From contig RSEE01000049.1 in NCBI GenBank assembly GCA_003971905.1, forward strand, positions 310,001 to 374,000: DNA of 64,000 bases, given 5' to 3'. Shown in pieces: positions 1 through 12,003 of this stretch (within the stretch, counting starts at the first letter, position 1; each line of letters begins with the position of its first letter). The notes beneath the pieces are model-generated. The model did not search any database. It had not been told where the DNA came from and saw nothing but the letters and a program-made list of their open reading frames with translations. A program made the position numbers and the translations under genes. Source of the stretch: Moniliella sp. 'wahieum'. Taxonomy: Eukaryota.

Positions 1-1077
1 CCGTGCATGTCCAACAGTTGGAAAGAAGGTCAGGGACTTCGCGAGTGAAGCTTGAAGCTAGTGGCTTGAAGCGTGAAGGTAGCACGAAGCCTAAGTGAGA
101 AAAGTGACCTAGTGACCAGAGAGTGGAGAGAGGTGGCGAAGGGAAGCATGAAAGCCCGCACGCTGCCATACGGATAAGTCCGAGAATTCGATGGGCACCA
201 GGCCAATGTGCGATGCGCCACCAAAGGCATGGCGGACGAGAGGAGCGTGAGGCCTGGGGGAGCCCATCCTTCCCTCGACCTCATCGATCTCATCAGTAGC
301 CAACTAGTCAATGGCAACGTGGTGGCGGCATGCCAGAGCCGACCAGGACAGGCCGAACCGGCCCCCAGCCAAAAAGCCTATATCATGACCTGGTCCAGCC
401 TGCGCTTGTCACATGTCACGCGTGATTCATTGGCTGGCTCCGCTCTGTCGTCACGCGTCACGAGTCACGCGTCACGCGTCATCGAGTGAGTTACGCGCTA
501 CGCTCAGCCAGGACTACCCGCCTGCCCCCCGTCGTCCTCCGCGGCTTCCCCCGCTCCGCCCTCGCGCTGACCTTCGACAGCCTGCTCGGTACTCAGGCCT
601 CCTCCGGCTCCCCATCCAATCCATTCCCTCCCTGCGTCGCACAGCATCACCCATCACGCACCACCCGCACGCATCCCTCACCCCACCGCGTATGATGTAA
701 CCCCATCCCATCCATCTCCCCCTCCGCTTCCCCCTGCCAACGTCCGTGCGCCCAGCCGATTGCGTCAGGAAGATCGTCAAGCGCTCTTGCGCGGCCAACG
801 TGCGACGGGGAACGGCTACCGGCTAACTACGCTCCACGCGCCAACACTGGGCCCGTGCAGCCATTCCGTCGCAGGCCTCAGGGCGCTCTTTACTTTCCCA
901 ACTGCACAGCCTCCCCCGCCCTCTCCCCCCAGCAGACCGTGCACGAGCCATGGACTGTATATAATCCCCCCGCCCGTCGTCCTTTTCCCACATCTCTTTC
1001 CCCCCACCCACCAGATCTTCTGGCACCTCCCTTTTCCAACTTTCTCTCTTCCGTTTCTTCTAGACAACACTTCAACC

Positions 1078-1821
1078 ATGGGCCTCTTGATTCTGTACGT
1101 GATCTACTCCCACGGTGCATACTGCTCCTTTCACCCCCTTGTACCCGTAGCCCCGCCCACGGATGCAGTCCGTCCTAACCGTCTTTCCCCCTAGGCAAAG
1201 CAATTCGCCGAGAACAAGGCACAGGAGAAGTTCGGCGGCAACAACAGCAACAACCAGTCTGGCGGCTACGGCGGTAACTCTGGCTCGGACTCGTACGGGT
1301 CGGGCAACTCTGGCTCAGACTCGTACGGCTCGGGTAACCAGTCGAGCGGCTTTGGTGGCAACTCCGGATCGGACTCGTACGGATCGGGCAACCAGTCGAG
1401 CGGCTTCGGTGGCAACTCCGGATCGGACTCGTACGGTTCCGGCAACCAGTCTGGTGGCTACGGTGGTAACTCGGGCTCGGACTCGTTCGGCTCGGGTAAC
1501 CAGTCGAGCGGCTTCGGAGGCAACTCTGGCTCGGACTCGTACGGTTCCGGCAACCAGTCTGGTGGCTATGGTGGCAACTCTGGTGGCTACGGTGGCAACT
1601 CTGGCTCGGACTCGTACGGGTCCGGCAACCAGTCCGGCGGCTTTGGCAGCAACTCGGGCTCGGACTCATACGGATCCGGCAATCAGTCCGGCGGCTTCGG
1701 TGGCAACTCGGGCGGTGGCTATGGCTCGGGCAACCAGTCTGGCGGCTACGGCGGCAACTCTGGTGGCGGCTCGTACGGATCTGGCAACCAGGGCGGCTAT
1801 GGCGGCAACAGTGGCTTCTAA
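1078..1821 (+). CDS. Small Gly/Ser/Asn/Tyr-rich tandem-repeat (prion-like/hydrophilin-like) protein, 2 exons
   Basis: TATA-like TATATAA near 957. ATG at 1078; exon 1 reads MGL(F)DS if one T is restored. Intron 1095-1194 (GTACGT..CCTAAC..CTAG). Exon 2 (1195-1821) is open: AKQFAENKAQEKFGG, then about 8 copies of an ~18-aa unit GGNSGSDSYGSGNQS(S/G)G(F/Y) with synonymous third-position variation. Stop TAA 1819-1821. Confidence 0.85.
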
Positions 1822-2511
1822 ATCTAAAGAAGCTAACTGGAGGCCTCGTGACGGCCCATGGACGTCTTGCTATGCTTTGGTCGCCTGAATGTATTGATCC
1901 TGTTCGCTGAATAGAGTAGAAATGATTCCGTGTGCGTCGACAGGAGTGTCTAGAGTGATATATAGTTTGGCTTGTCAACGTTAGGATTCGTGCTCATGTT
2001 AAGAAATAAGGAGAGGTCGGTGAACAAGAGCGTGTATGTAGCTTCGTTTGGGAACAAGCTAGTGGACGCTTGGTGGTGCGCACTGCGCTTTCATTGCCGC
2101 TGAAATATATATGCAGAGCTGTGGGATTACGGATGGCGCGTCACGCGTTTCCCTAGCGAGAGCCGACATGATGTGCATGCATGATGGTTGGTGTGCCGTG
2201 GATCCAACTGCGCCTGTGTTTTAAGGGCAAGGCATCCTTGCGCAACTGCTATATCTGGTTGGACTGCCTGGTCTAGCCTCAGAGCTCGTACCGCGACGAG
2301 GCCATGGACTACGTGTGGTTACTATAGAGGTCATACCCCTGCCATTAGCCCCTGCCATTAGCAGCCAGCCAAGACGAGGAAAACAAAGCCTTCGCCGAGC
2401 CTCATAGATAATCCGAAGTGAGTCTATATAAGCTCCGAAGGGTCAACGTACCGGCCCCGACGTGCCCGTGGCCCTGCTCCGCTCACGACGTTGAACGTTG
2501 AGAGACGCGAA

Positions 2512-2893
2512 TCTCTATACTGCAACCATATCATTGAAGGGGCTTAAGGCGGGACAAAAAACCGCTGCACCTAAACCGACGCCCGTTCATCCGGCGTGTG
2601 CTGCTTGTTTGTGCCAATACCGTTTAAGGAACCAGGGGAATCGCCAGGAGATCAGGTCGATTAGGACGCTCTGGTACCCGCAATCCGTTCCCATACCCAA
2701 GGAAGCGCGTGTGGATGCGGATGATCGATGAACGTGGTAGACATCTCCGAACGGTGAACCATCTTTATTGAGAGTCAGTAGTCAAATTCTTTCAGTGCCC
2801 AAGCATCTTGCCTGCTGTCTTGGTAGTATAGTATGCTCGCGTCGTCAAACCAAGGGGGGAAACGAACGGGCCGTGGGCCCGGTGGCCTCCTCG
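2512..2893 (+). mobile_element. Non-autonomous Helitron-like element, copy A (internally deleted relative to copy B)
   Basis: Homology to 30138-30881 begins exactly at A|TCTCTAT. The 3' end has a CGGGCC-GTG-GGCCCG hairpin (2867-2881) followed by CTCG|T. No TSD or TIR. Confidence 0.75.
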
Positions 2894-4106
2894 TGATGAA
2901 TGATTGTTGATCGGTATCAAGCGGGTGCGATCGGACAACGAATCAGTGTTGCGAAGGGGAATGATGAATGAGAGTGAGCTGCATAGTGAGCACCACAAGC
3001 GTCCGAACGGGGAGGGTGTAGGGGTTGAATAAACCGGAGTTTCATCGCCACCCGCACCACCCATATCTTCTCCCAGGAGTGCGTATGCACCGGCACAGGC
3101 GAGCAAGTCACACTTATCGTTACTTGCCACACACCAAGAGGGTACAATCAGTGATCCCCCTCATCGGCCTCGTCGATCATATGGCCATTCTCGTGACACG
3201 CGAGTGGCCACGGAGAAGCGAAGGTCGGCGGTGGAGGTGGGTGCCTGGCGTGGGCATGACGCTCGGGAGCATGAGCGAAGCGGCGCGCATCAAAAAATAG
3301 CCGAGCGCTCAGGCTGCGGCGAGCTGAGTCAGTGTGCTGAGTGTGCTGATAGGGTTATGGTGGCCGATGATGCCAAGGGTGATTGATGACTCGATGACTA
3401 GGTTTAAGCTGTAAGCCTAACCAGGCGCCTTTGAACTTTGCTTATCGATTCCCACTACTCGGTTCTGATCTTCTGGCTTGGCTGCCGATCGCAAAAAAAG
3501 ACTGCGCATGGGTATTGGCACAGGGGGAGAGGATTAGGCAGGCGCTCAGCGGCCCAAGCCAATGCCCGGTGGCACTGTCAGGCGCAGACTGGGCAGATGC
3601 ACGGATGCGCAATCGCAGCTGCGGCCAAAAGAAAGACAACAGCCAACGAAACCGCATGGTCCGCTCCTCCGAACGCCCGCCCGCTGCGTGCGCTGTCTGC
3701 TCGCGCCGATCCCCCCAGGCATGGGGCCAGTGGGGCTGCGTGCACCCTGGGCCCCCGATGCATGATGCATCCTGCATGCCGCCCAGCCAGCACCAGGTGA
3801 GTCACCCCGAGGCACTGCCCAGCCCCTGGCCGCCCCCTTGCCGTAGCCGCCGCAGAGCCTGAAACGCACAGCGCTGTTACATGTTATCGATTATCGGTTA
3901 CCGGTTACCGGCCGACCAATTAACGTCAGCATTGTCGATCGATTATCGCTTGTCGCTTCCTCGGTTCATTACCCATTCCTTGTCAAGCACCTCGGCTTTC
4001 CTCGTAACCCCCATCCCACCTCGCCGCCCCCCGCCTGCCACCCACGTTGAGGCCGCCGTTTGCCTTCCGTGTGCCCTCCCGCCACCACCACCTTGCCCTG
4101 CTTGCC

Positions 4107-6076
4107 ATGGCCCAGCTCACCTCCCTGCTTGGCCTCGTCGCTCTCGCAGCCGCCGCCGTGTCGGCGCAGTTTGTGCCTGCGCCGGCCAACCTGACCACCA
4201 AGCTCGGCTTTGCCAACGTCAGTGTGCATTACAAGCAGGTGCCTGCTGGCATCTGCGAGCTGCGCGACGACGTCAAGTCCTATTCCGGCTTTGCCGAGGT
4301 CAGCCCCGGGCAAAACATCTTCTTCTGGTTCTTTGAGGCGCGCACCACCGATCCCAAGCAGGCCGAGCTTGCGGTCTGGATCAATGGCGGACCCGGCAGT
4401 TCCTCCGAGATTGGGTTGTTCCAGGAGCTTGGGCCGTGCCGCGTGCTGCCCAACGGCACGCTCGTCAACAACCCCCACTCGTACTCCGAGGTGGCCAACA
4501 TGCTCTTTATTGACCAGCCAATCTCTACTGGCTTTTCCTTTTCCGACCCCACCCGGGCTACATCAGCTCGACTGGCAACCTGATCACCCTGCCGTCGGAA
4601 GAGTGCCCCGACTATGCCCAGGCCCTCGGCACCTGCGGTACCTACTCGTCGCCCAATGTCCTCACCTCGCCCAACTCGACCGAGGCCGCCGCGTCCGACT
4701 TTTACCTTGCTCTTCAGGGCTTCCTGGGTGCCTTTCCCGAGTACAAGCGCGACCACTTCCACTTTACAACCGAGAGCTATGGCGGGCATTATGGGCCGGT
4801 CTTTTCCCATTACGTCCAGGAGCAGGCCAAGGCCAACGTGTCCGGTCACACTCCGCTTACGGTCAAGACGCTGACCATTGGGAATGGTTGGTATGACCCG
4901 GTGCTGCAGTACGAGGCCTACTACCTCTTTGCCAAGGACAATTTTTACTTTGGCACCAGCCTGTACAACACCTCTTCCCTCTCTCAGCTCGAGAACATTG
5001 TGTATGGCAAAGGCAACTGTCTCGACCAAATTCGGCAGTGTTACAAGATTGGCACGCCCGAAGTGTGCTCGGTTGCGGACAGCTTTTGCGCCAACGAAGT
5101 GGAGAATTTCTTTGATGTGTGTATCGGGCCGCGACGAGGTAAGCCTTTTTTTCTTTGCTTTTCTCCACTGTTTTTTTTTCCCGTTTTGCTCTGCTCCCCA
5201 CACCTCCAATGTGGGACTAGGAAGACTGACTGATGTGTAACTTCCCACCAGTACGATGCGCGTGAGCTGATGCCCGACCCGTTCCCCTACGAGGCCTACG
5301 TCGACTACCTCAACCAGCCCCACGTGCAGACAGCGTTGGGTGTGTACACGAACTTTTCCGAGTCGTCGACGGTAGTAGGCAACGCGTTTAGTGCGACGGG
5401 CGACGATGGGCGGGAATCAGGTACGATCCAAGATGTGCGTTCGCTTTTGGAGGAGGGGGGTGTACGTGTCGATGCTGTTGGGCGATGCAGACTACAATTG
5501 TGGTTGGTACGGCGGGTTTGGGGTGGCCAACAAGCTGAATGCGTCGGGATGGAGTCGTGCTGGCTTTGCCAACGTGTCCACCAGCGATGGTGTGGTGCAT
5601 GGGGAGACGAGGCAGACGGGCACGTATGCGTTTACTCGGGTCTTTTACTCGGGTCACGAAATCCCCTTTTACCAACCGCTCTTGGCGCTCACCCTGTTCA
5701 ACCGTACCATCAGGGCGTGTCTCTTGCGGATGGCAAAGTGGACGTCCTGCACAACTCGTCCTACCTCACCACCGGCCCTACCTCACCCACCTTCTTCGAG
5801 GGCAACAGTACGGTCCAGTGGAACGTTACGTCCCCCGATGCGACGTACAACACCACCACTGGCGCGCCCAATCCGGTCCCAGCATCGGACTCTTCTTCCT
5901 CCTCTTCTTCTTCTTCTTCTGCCGGGGCGGCGCGGCGCGCAGCAGCCGTGTTGCTGGACACCGAGACGCCCATGCTGCGCAAGAACAAGAAGAGCTTGAT
6001 GCCCAAGTTTGAGGCTCTTCTACGCACCCGCTCAGGCAGGGCGTACCCGCCACCGATGCTGATGCCTCGGGCGTAA
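4107..6076 (+). CDS. Secreted serine carboxypeptidase (peptidase S10, carboxypeptidase S1-like)
   Basis: Signal peptide MAQLTSLLGLVALAAAAVSA. Motifs WINGGPGSSS, FIDQP, catalytic TESYGGHY, IGNGW, GDADYNC, SGHEIP. Intron 5139-5251. Several 1-nt frameshifts. Confidence 0.93.
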
Positions 6077-6927
6077 AGTAAACGGCAAGAGACTAATGTT
6101 TGCGAGGGGACGAATCTCACCGTGGGCCAATGGGCCAATGGGCCAATATTAGGCCAGTGGGCCAGACTGATGCACTTTCTCTGCGTCGCAGGAACGTTGG
6201 CACGGCACGTTGAGCGTTCGAGCATGAGCGTTCAACTGTGGACTGTGAGTGTTGGGGAGCGGCTAGTCCTTCTTTTGATATTAATGGCATTTGATGGTAT
6301 TGGATGGTATGTGTACTGCTGGTGGTGGGGTTGGTTGATGGGGTAAGAGGGAGACCGAGCAATGGGTTTAGGGTAACAAGGGGGCAAGGCAAGGCAGGGT
6401 AGGGCAGGGCAGGCTATTTTCCCGTTCGCTTTATGGTGCCCCCCCAACCACCTATACCCGTATTTACTGTTGGTCTATCCACATGGCACGGGACTTTGTT
6501 CCACTCAGTTTGCTCTTTTCTTTGCTTTCATGTTAGTTGCCCAGCGGACTTGTGCATGTTGTGGGACAAAGGAGGAAAGTGCCAGCCCCGGCGCTAGGTA
6601 GCATTGAAGCAGTACATGTACTTCCCGTCCAAGCCAGGCTTATAGTGCTTGATCAGCTTGATCAGCTCGACCAGACCCAGCTCAACTTCACATGACAACT
6701 CACAACTGCGCATTCCTGTACGGCCCTGGCGAGCGGGAAGCAGCAAGCTACGTAGCTATGTGTACGGCAGACAAGCCAGGCAAGCAGAGACCAATGGATG
6801 CATCAGTGGGTTAAGGGAGAGTGCTGAACACATTTTGCATGCTGCATTTTTTGGGTGGTGGGCAAAGGGCAAGCACTGCAGGCACGACCAGCAAGTCCAG
6901 ATCCAGAGCAAGGAAGCGAAACTCCTA

Positions 6928-9900
6928 TCAATCATATCCTATCCGGAGCCAGCTAAGCACGCGAAGTGGTTTGGACGAGGGCGAGGCGGTTGAAGCTGTA
7001 GTGCGAACGGGGTGGGATCGGACGGGACCCGGTTTGCCCGATTGGAGCAACGGGTGAGCCTCAACGGCCGCTGGTCCCATCTTATCGTAATCCTGCAACA
7101 ACAAGCGTACCTGGCCCAAGATGGGAGCTGGGAAAGCGCGTTCGTGCATCCGTTCCAGGAGCCACTGAGCTGGTTCGAGGTGGCCGGCAGAAAGTTCCGT
7201 TTGGATCATGGCAATGTACGTTGACGGTTCGCGGAACGTGCGTGCCCAAGGGTTAGTTGGGCTCGGCGGGACGGGCGGGAGGATACGGCGTCCGAGGCAG
7301 CGGCGGCAACAGCGTCCGTTTGGCCTGGGAGCAGTTGGGCGTAGTACGAAGGAAGTTTCAACGCATCTTTCTTGTTACCCTTTCCGTCGGCCCGGCTGGC
7401 ATGGTTGCCAATGGCCGCGACGCCGGTCGGGGGGTCGTTCATTGAAGCAAACACCCTCCTGGCTTCGGTCACACCATGTTCCCCGTTGGCGCCAAACGCG
7501 CGGATGGCCACATTGGCGTGGTAGGCGGTGAACCGGACGCCCTGGCCAGCCAAGCGGTGAAAAAGTCGTACAGCAAGTCCACAGCTTGTGGTGCCGTACA
7601 CCTCCATCATGTTGGTGGCAAAACTGCATCAGGGAGAGCTTAGCGCCGCGCCGGCCCGAGAGGGGTGTGATCGAGTCGTAGATCCCCTGCGCTTTGGTGA
7701 GATCGTTCTGCTTGGTACCGTACGAGGTGATGAGAGTGGCAAGGTGCGTGCCCTCGACTGCATTCACCGCTGCAATTTCGTTAAACGTCTTCAATGCTTG
7801 GCCTCCTCGACTGGCTCGATCAGTCCGTACGTCCAGCAGCAGCTTCCAAGTGTACCCCGAGAAGGAGAGTTTGTGGGCGCGCATCTTTCCAGGTACTCCA
7901 GCGCCGAGGCACGGTCGCCTTGACGGACGTAATGGCCAATGAGCGTGTTGTACGGAGCAGGCGAGGGACGGAAGTCTGGCGCTGTTCCATCAGCTGGAAA
8001 AAGTGGAGCGTGCTTGATCTCCCACGACGAACAAAGGCATTGACCAACGCACCATACTGATGGACGAAGGCTTAATCTTGTGTGCCAGCATCATCTTGTA
8101 GTACGCAAGTGCCGTCTCGGCGCGGCGGGCGGCGCGACTGAAGTATGAGATGATGGTGTGAAGAGGTAAAGGTTGGGCTTGACGCCCAAACGGATCGCCT
8201 CATCAAACAGTTCTTTCGATACCAGCACCTCGTCCGTCGTCACCTTGCTCGCAGCGATCAGTGACCGTACGCATCCGCCGAAGGAATTTGTCCCGCATTG
8301 ACCAGAGAGATGACGTGCGGTTGGCCAGGCGGCACTGACCCGAATGAGCCGCAGCGCAGATCATTGCATTCTCCAACTCGACCCATGCACTGGCCTGGAC
8401 ACTCGTGCCTCCAAGCTACGAACCACATGCGAGCCCAAGAGGTAGAGCAGACGCACGTGGTCCATATCTCTCTTCACCCCTGTGAGGTTGATCAGCGCAA
8501 CAATAAAAGGAATGGGGGGGGTAAGTGCCCTTGCGTGCGCTCTGAAGGAGCATCTCCCACAGCATGCGGCCATCGCCCTTACCCCCGCTCGGACCGCCCG
8601 AGGTGTAAAGAGTGTGTGCCTGACCACCCAGCTCATCGCTCAGCGTCTTGACCGGGGCGAACTCCAAAGCTGGATCGCTCGACACGGTCTCGGACGGCTG
8701 CACGGGCCCAGCGCCTTGAGTGCCCGCTCGGACAGCTGCGGCAACTCCGTCTCTGGCTGGGGTGCAAGAGAGGTTCCTCCTCGCCAGCCGCGGTGTCCCA
8801 GGGTTTGCTGTGTACCATGCGGAAGTAGGAGGGATTGATCTTTTCCAGCAGGGGACCACCTCGCTCTCGGGGTACCGCGCGGAAAGGATTTCAAAGGCCT
8901 GCTCCACGTCCGGACGAACAAGGTGAGGGCGCTTCGGCTTGGCGTCAGTTTGACGGCGGCCAACTGGAGCATGGCGGGCGTAGCACGAGCATAGTCCTCC
9001 GCAAGCATCCCGAGCCCCGAAGAGGTCACACGGGCCAGATCAGGCTCGAGCTGTTGCTCCTCCAACGCAAAGGCACGGACAAGAATCGTCCACTCGTCAG
9101 GCGAAAAATGAGTAATGACGTTGTCCCGGTCCTCGGTTTGATCTGACGGTAGAGCAGGGCGAGCCTGGTGGCCCAAAGGTGGGCACGCGGCAGCGCCTGC
9201 GTCTTGCTCACACACCGTGCAAGAGCGATGGGTACAGCTGCACATGGGGGTAAACGTGTGGAGCGTGTAGTAGAGCAAGGCGGCGGCGCGGGGCTAGCCT
9301 CATCGGCCGGGATACGCCGATTGAGACGGATGAGGTGAAGCATGCGCTTCGCCACAGCCGCCAACGTACGCCGCTTCGTCGGGTTACGAGAGCGCTCTTC
9401 CTCAAGAGGAACTCTTGACTTCCACCGAAACAGACATGATCTGCTGCAAGACATGCGTCAAGAGCGAAGCAGCGTCGGCAGCCCGGCCATAACTCATGCA
9501 CTTGTCCACGAGGAAAACAGATTCGAGACAAACTGAGGCTCCTTTGGCATCTCAAAAAGGCGCTGTCCTCTACCTGGGAGAAGGCAGATCCGACCAAGGA
9601 CAACAGCGCATCGGTTTGCGCCTCATCCATCTTGGCTACCACTGCGGGCGAAAGCAGTTTTTCGATAAAGTCAAGGTGGGTACGCGTAGCCCCCTGGTGC
9701 CTTCACTCAGGTCGTTCGCAATGACCTTGAGCACGCGGGCGTACGAGCCAGTCTTCTGGCCCTCCTCCCAAAGAGTGTCATCCTCAGCAGTAGCAGCATC
9801 GGCGTACTCTGGGACAAGGAAATGGGCCCTCCAAAGATGGGAGTGCCACACCCTCCTCTGCGCTAAGCAACGCATTGTACCACTCGGTAGCTGTCGGCAC

Positions 9901-12003
9901 ACCTTGGGTAGCAGCAAGACAACGAGCATGATGCTCACTGTTTCCCGCGTGGGCGGAGGGGTGTGGAGCCCCAATTGGGGTGGGGGTGTTCGGCCTGTTC
10001 GTCGAGCATGCGCTGAAGAGTGCAATTGCGCCCTCAGCAGGCCTAGAAGGAGTGGGCATGGATCATACCGTCCAGACAGAAACAAGTGGGTTTGCAGTGC
10101 GCAGGGCCGCGTCGCGGAAGACACCATTCGACTTGTCGACAAACGGAAGCTGCGAACGTTCCTCACGCCCGGCTGTTCTGGTATCAGGATCCAGGGTCCA
10201 GTGGGGCAAAGCAGCATCAAACACGCTCTGCAGCACTTCGAGTGCGTCCGCTTTCCATGCATTCTCCTCGCTAAGAGGGGCAATGACATGTTGCGACAGA
10301 GGCTTGCGCGAGTTGACGTTCAGTTCCGAGGGCTTGAGTAGCTTTTTGCCAACAAGGGAACTGAGGATAAGTGAGAACATCTTGGGCTCAAGGTAGTCCT
10401 CTGGTAGCGACTCGTTCTCTTGCATCAACGCCAGCACCTCCAACGCAACGCGAGCGTCGCTCCTTCTGGCCGCAACCTGCAAAAGGGCATTGTACGCCCA
10501 CGGGGCATTTGGCTGAAGGTCGGGTCCGCATTGATGGCATGGAGGAGCGACATGGCAAAGTCAAAGCTGGTCACGGCTTGGAAAGAACCGCGTTGACGTC
10601 AGCGGCTCCCTCCTCCACTTCGCCCTCCTCGTACTCGCTCTCCAATGATTCGCCGGTGGATGCTTCCTTGCTTTCAGGGATAGAAAGCAGCTCATAGAGA
10701 GACGGAGGGACCATGTCGTACGGATTCGTTGCAAGGAACTCGATGATTTGGGCACGAGTGTTTGTTGATCCCGTTGTAGGTAGCGTCGCGCGCATCCAGT
10801 TGAGTACCTCTTCCTTTGGCAGCATCTGGTCCGGAGGGGCCGAGGAGTTCAACGCGGCGAGAAGGAGGAAGGTGATGCGCCCATTAAAGAAGTTGGTCCG
10901 CTGGTCAACAGGCACGGTGAGTGCTTGTTTGAACACACTTTTGGTCTTCGCCAGCACGTCTTGCGGCCGGCCTTTCCCGGGAAAGCGGAATTGGAACAAT
11001 AGCGAGCGTACTTTGGTTTCCAAAGACGCAAGCTTAGCCCGGGTGGAATCATCAAGGGGTGCCATTTTCACGCCGCGCGTCCACGGGGGGCTGTTGGACA
11101 TATCGGCGAGCGAGTCGGAAATGCGCTTGACCAACGCCTCGGTCTCTTCCATGTCAAGCTGGCGTAGCGTAGCCCGGGTCGCTTTCCAAGCTCATGGGTG
11201 TAGGGCTCTCCTCCGGACCCAGGGGGGCGTCGTCGGTGGAAGCGACCGAAGCGTACCCACGCGCCGAGATCCGGGACCCCAAGCTGGAGGCACGGGGACG
11301 GGTAGCGCGGCTGCGAATTGTGGCAGAAGACTCGTGGGCCACTGCATAGAGCAGCTGCTCGACCGCGGCCGACTGACGAACGCGGCGGTTGGACCTGGCG
11401 GCCGAAGCACCGGCAGCACGGGGAACGGCCTTCTTGCGGTGGGCTGATGGCTCAATCAGTCTTGGACCAGCAGTGTGAAGATTGGAGAAGAGACGGGTTA
11501 GACGTTCTTGAACCTGAGCATTGGAGGGGTTGAGCAAGATGCGTGTCTCAGGCGCGTGCTGCAGGTTGCCGCGGGGGTGGGGCAGAGTGCGCGGCTGGGC
11601 GACAACGAGACGCGAGCGGAGACGGAAATGGTCTTGTTCCGAGTCATCCGTCTCGGCAAACGCATTTGACGGAAGGTTCTGCACCGTTGGGCTCTGGGCA
11701 AGCAGATGCTACACACAACGCCGGTCAGCAACCAGGAAAAAGAGAGGAGGATGGGAAACGTACTTGGTAGCTGCCATGCCAGGCACCGCTGGTGCTGCCG
11801 CCGGCGCCTGCACCGGCTGAGGCGCCAGCAGAGGCGCCGAGGGCAGAGCTAGCACCGGAAGCAGCGGTGGATGCGCCAGCCACGACGCCACCGACAGTGG
11901 CAACGGTGGCAGTGGTGACACCATTCGCGGCATTGGATGCGGCGTTGGCGCCTGCGGCGGCGAAGCGCGCCAGGTGGATGGCAAGCTTGGAGGGGAGGGG
12001 CAT
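6928..12003 (-). CDS. Large pentatricopeptide-repeat (PPR) protein, probably mitochondrial RNA metabolism
   Basis: Start MPLPSKLAIHLARFAAA (transit-like) followed by an Ala/Gly tract and a short intron near 11695-11763. PPR-like helices across frameshifted ORFs: YNALLQVAARRSDARVALEVLALMQE, YKMMLAHKIKPSSISYGALVNAF, YTWKLLLD, YHANVAIRAFG..EARRVFASM, WLLERMHER. The 3' end is approximate. Confidence 0.82.

Noticed and set aside
1260..1800. 54-bp periodic repeat resembling a CRISPR array
   Set aside because: No unique spacers, the repeat is coding, the context is eukaryotic, and there are no cas genes.
1163..1978. ORF-track proteins of 241 aa (+) and 267 aa (-) over the repeat
   Set aside because: They are shadow frames of the G/S/N/Y repeat gene; synonymous variation supports the 1195-1821 frame.
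6122..6166. (TGGGCCAA)3 repeat, and (CCATCGG)n at about 62681-62708
   Set aside because: Palindrome-flavoured but not TNA-centred; cannot be distinguished from ordinary slippage repeats.
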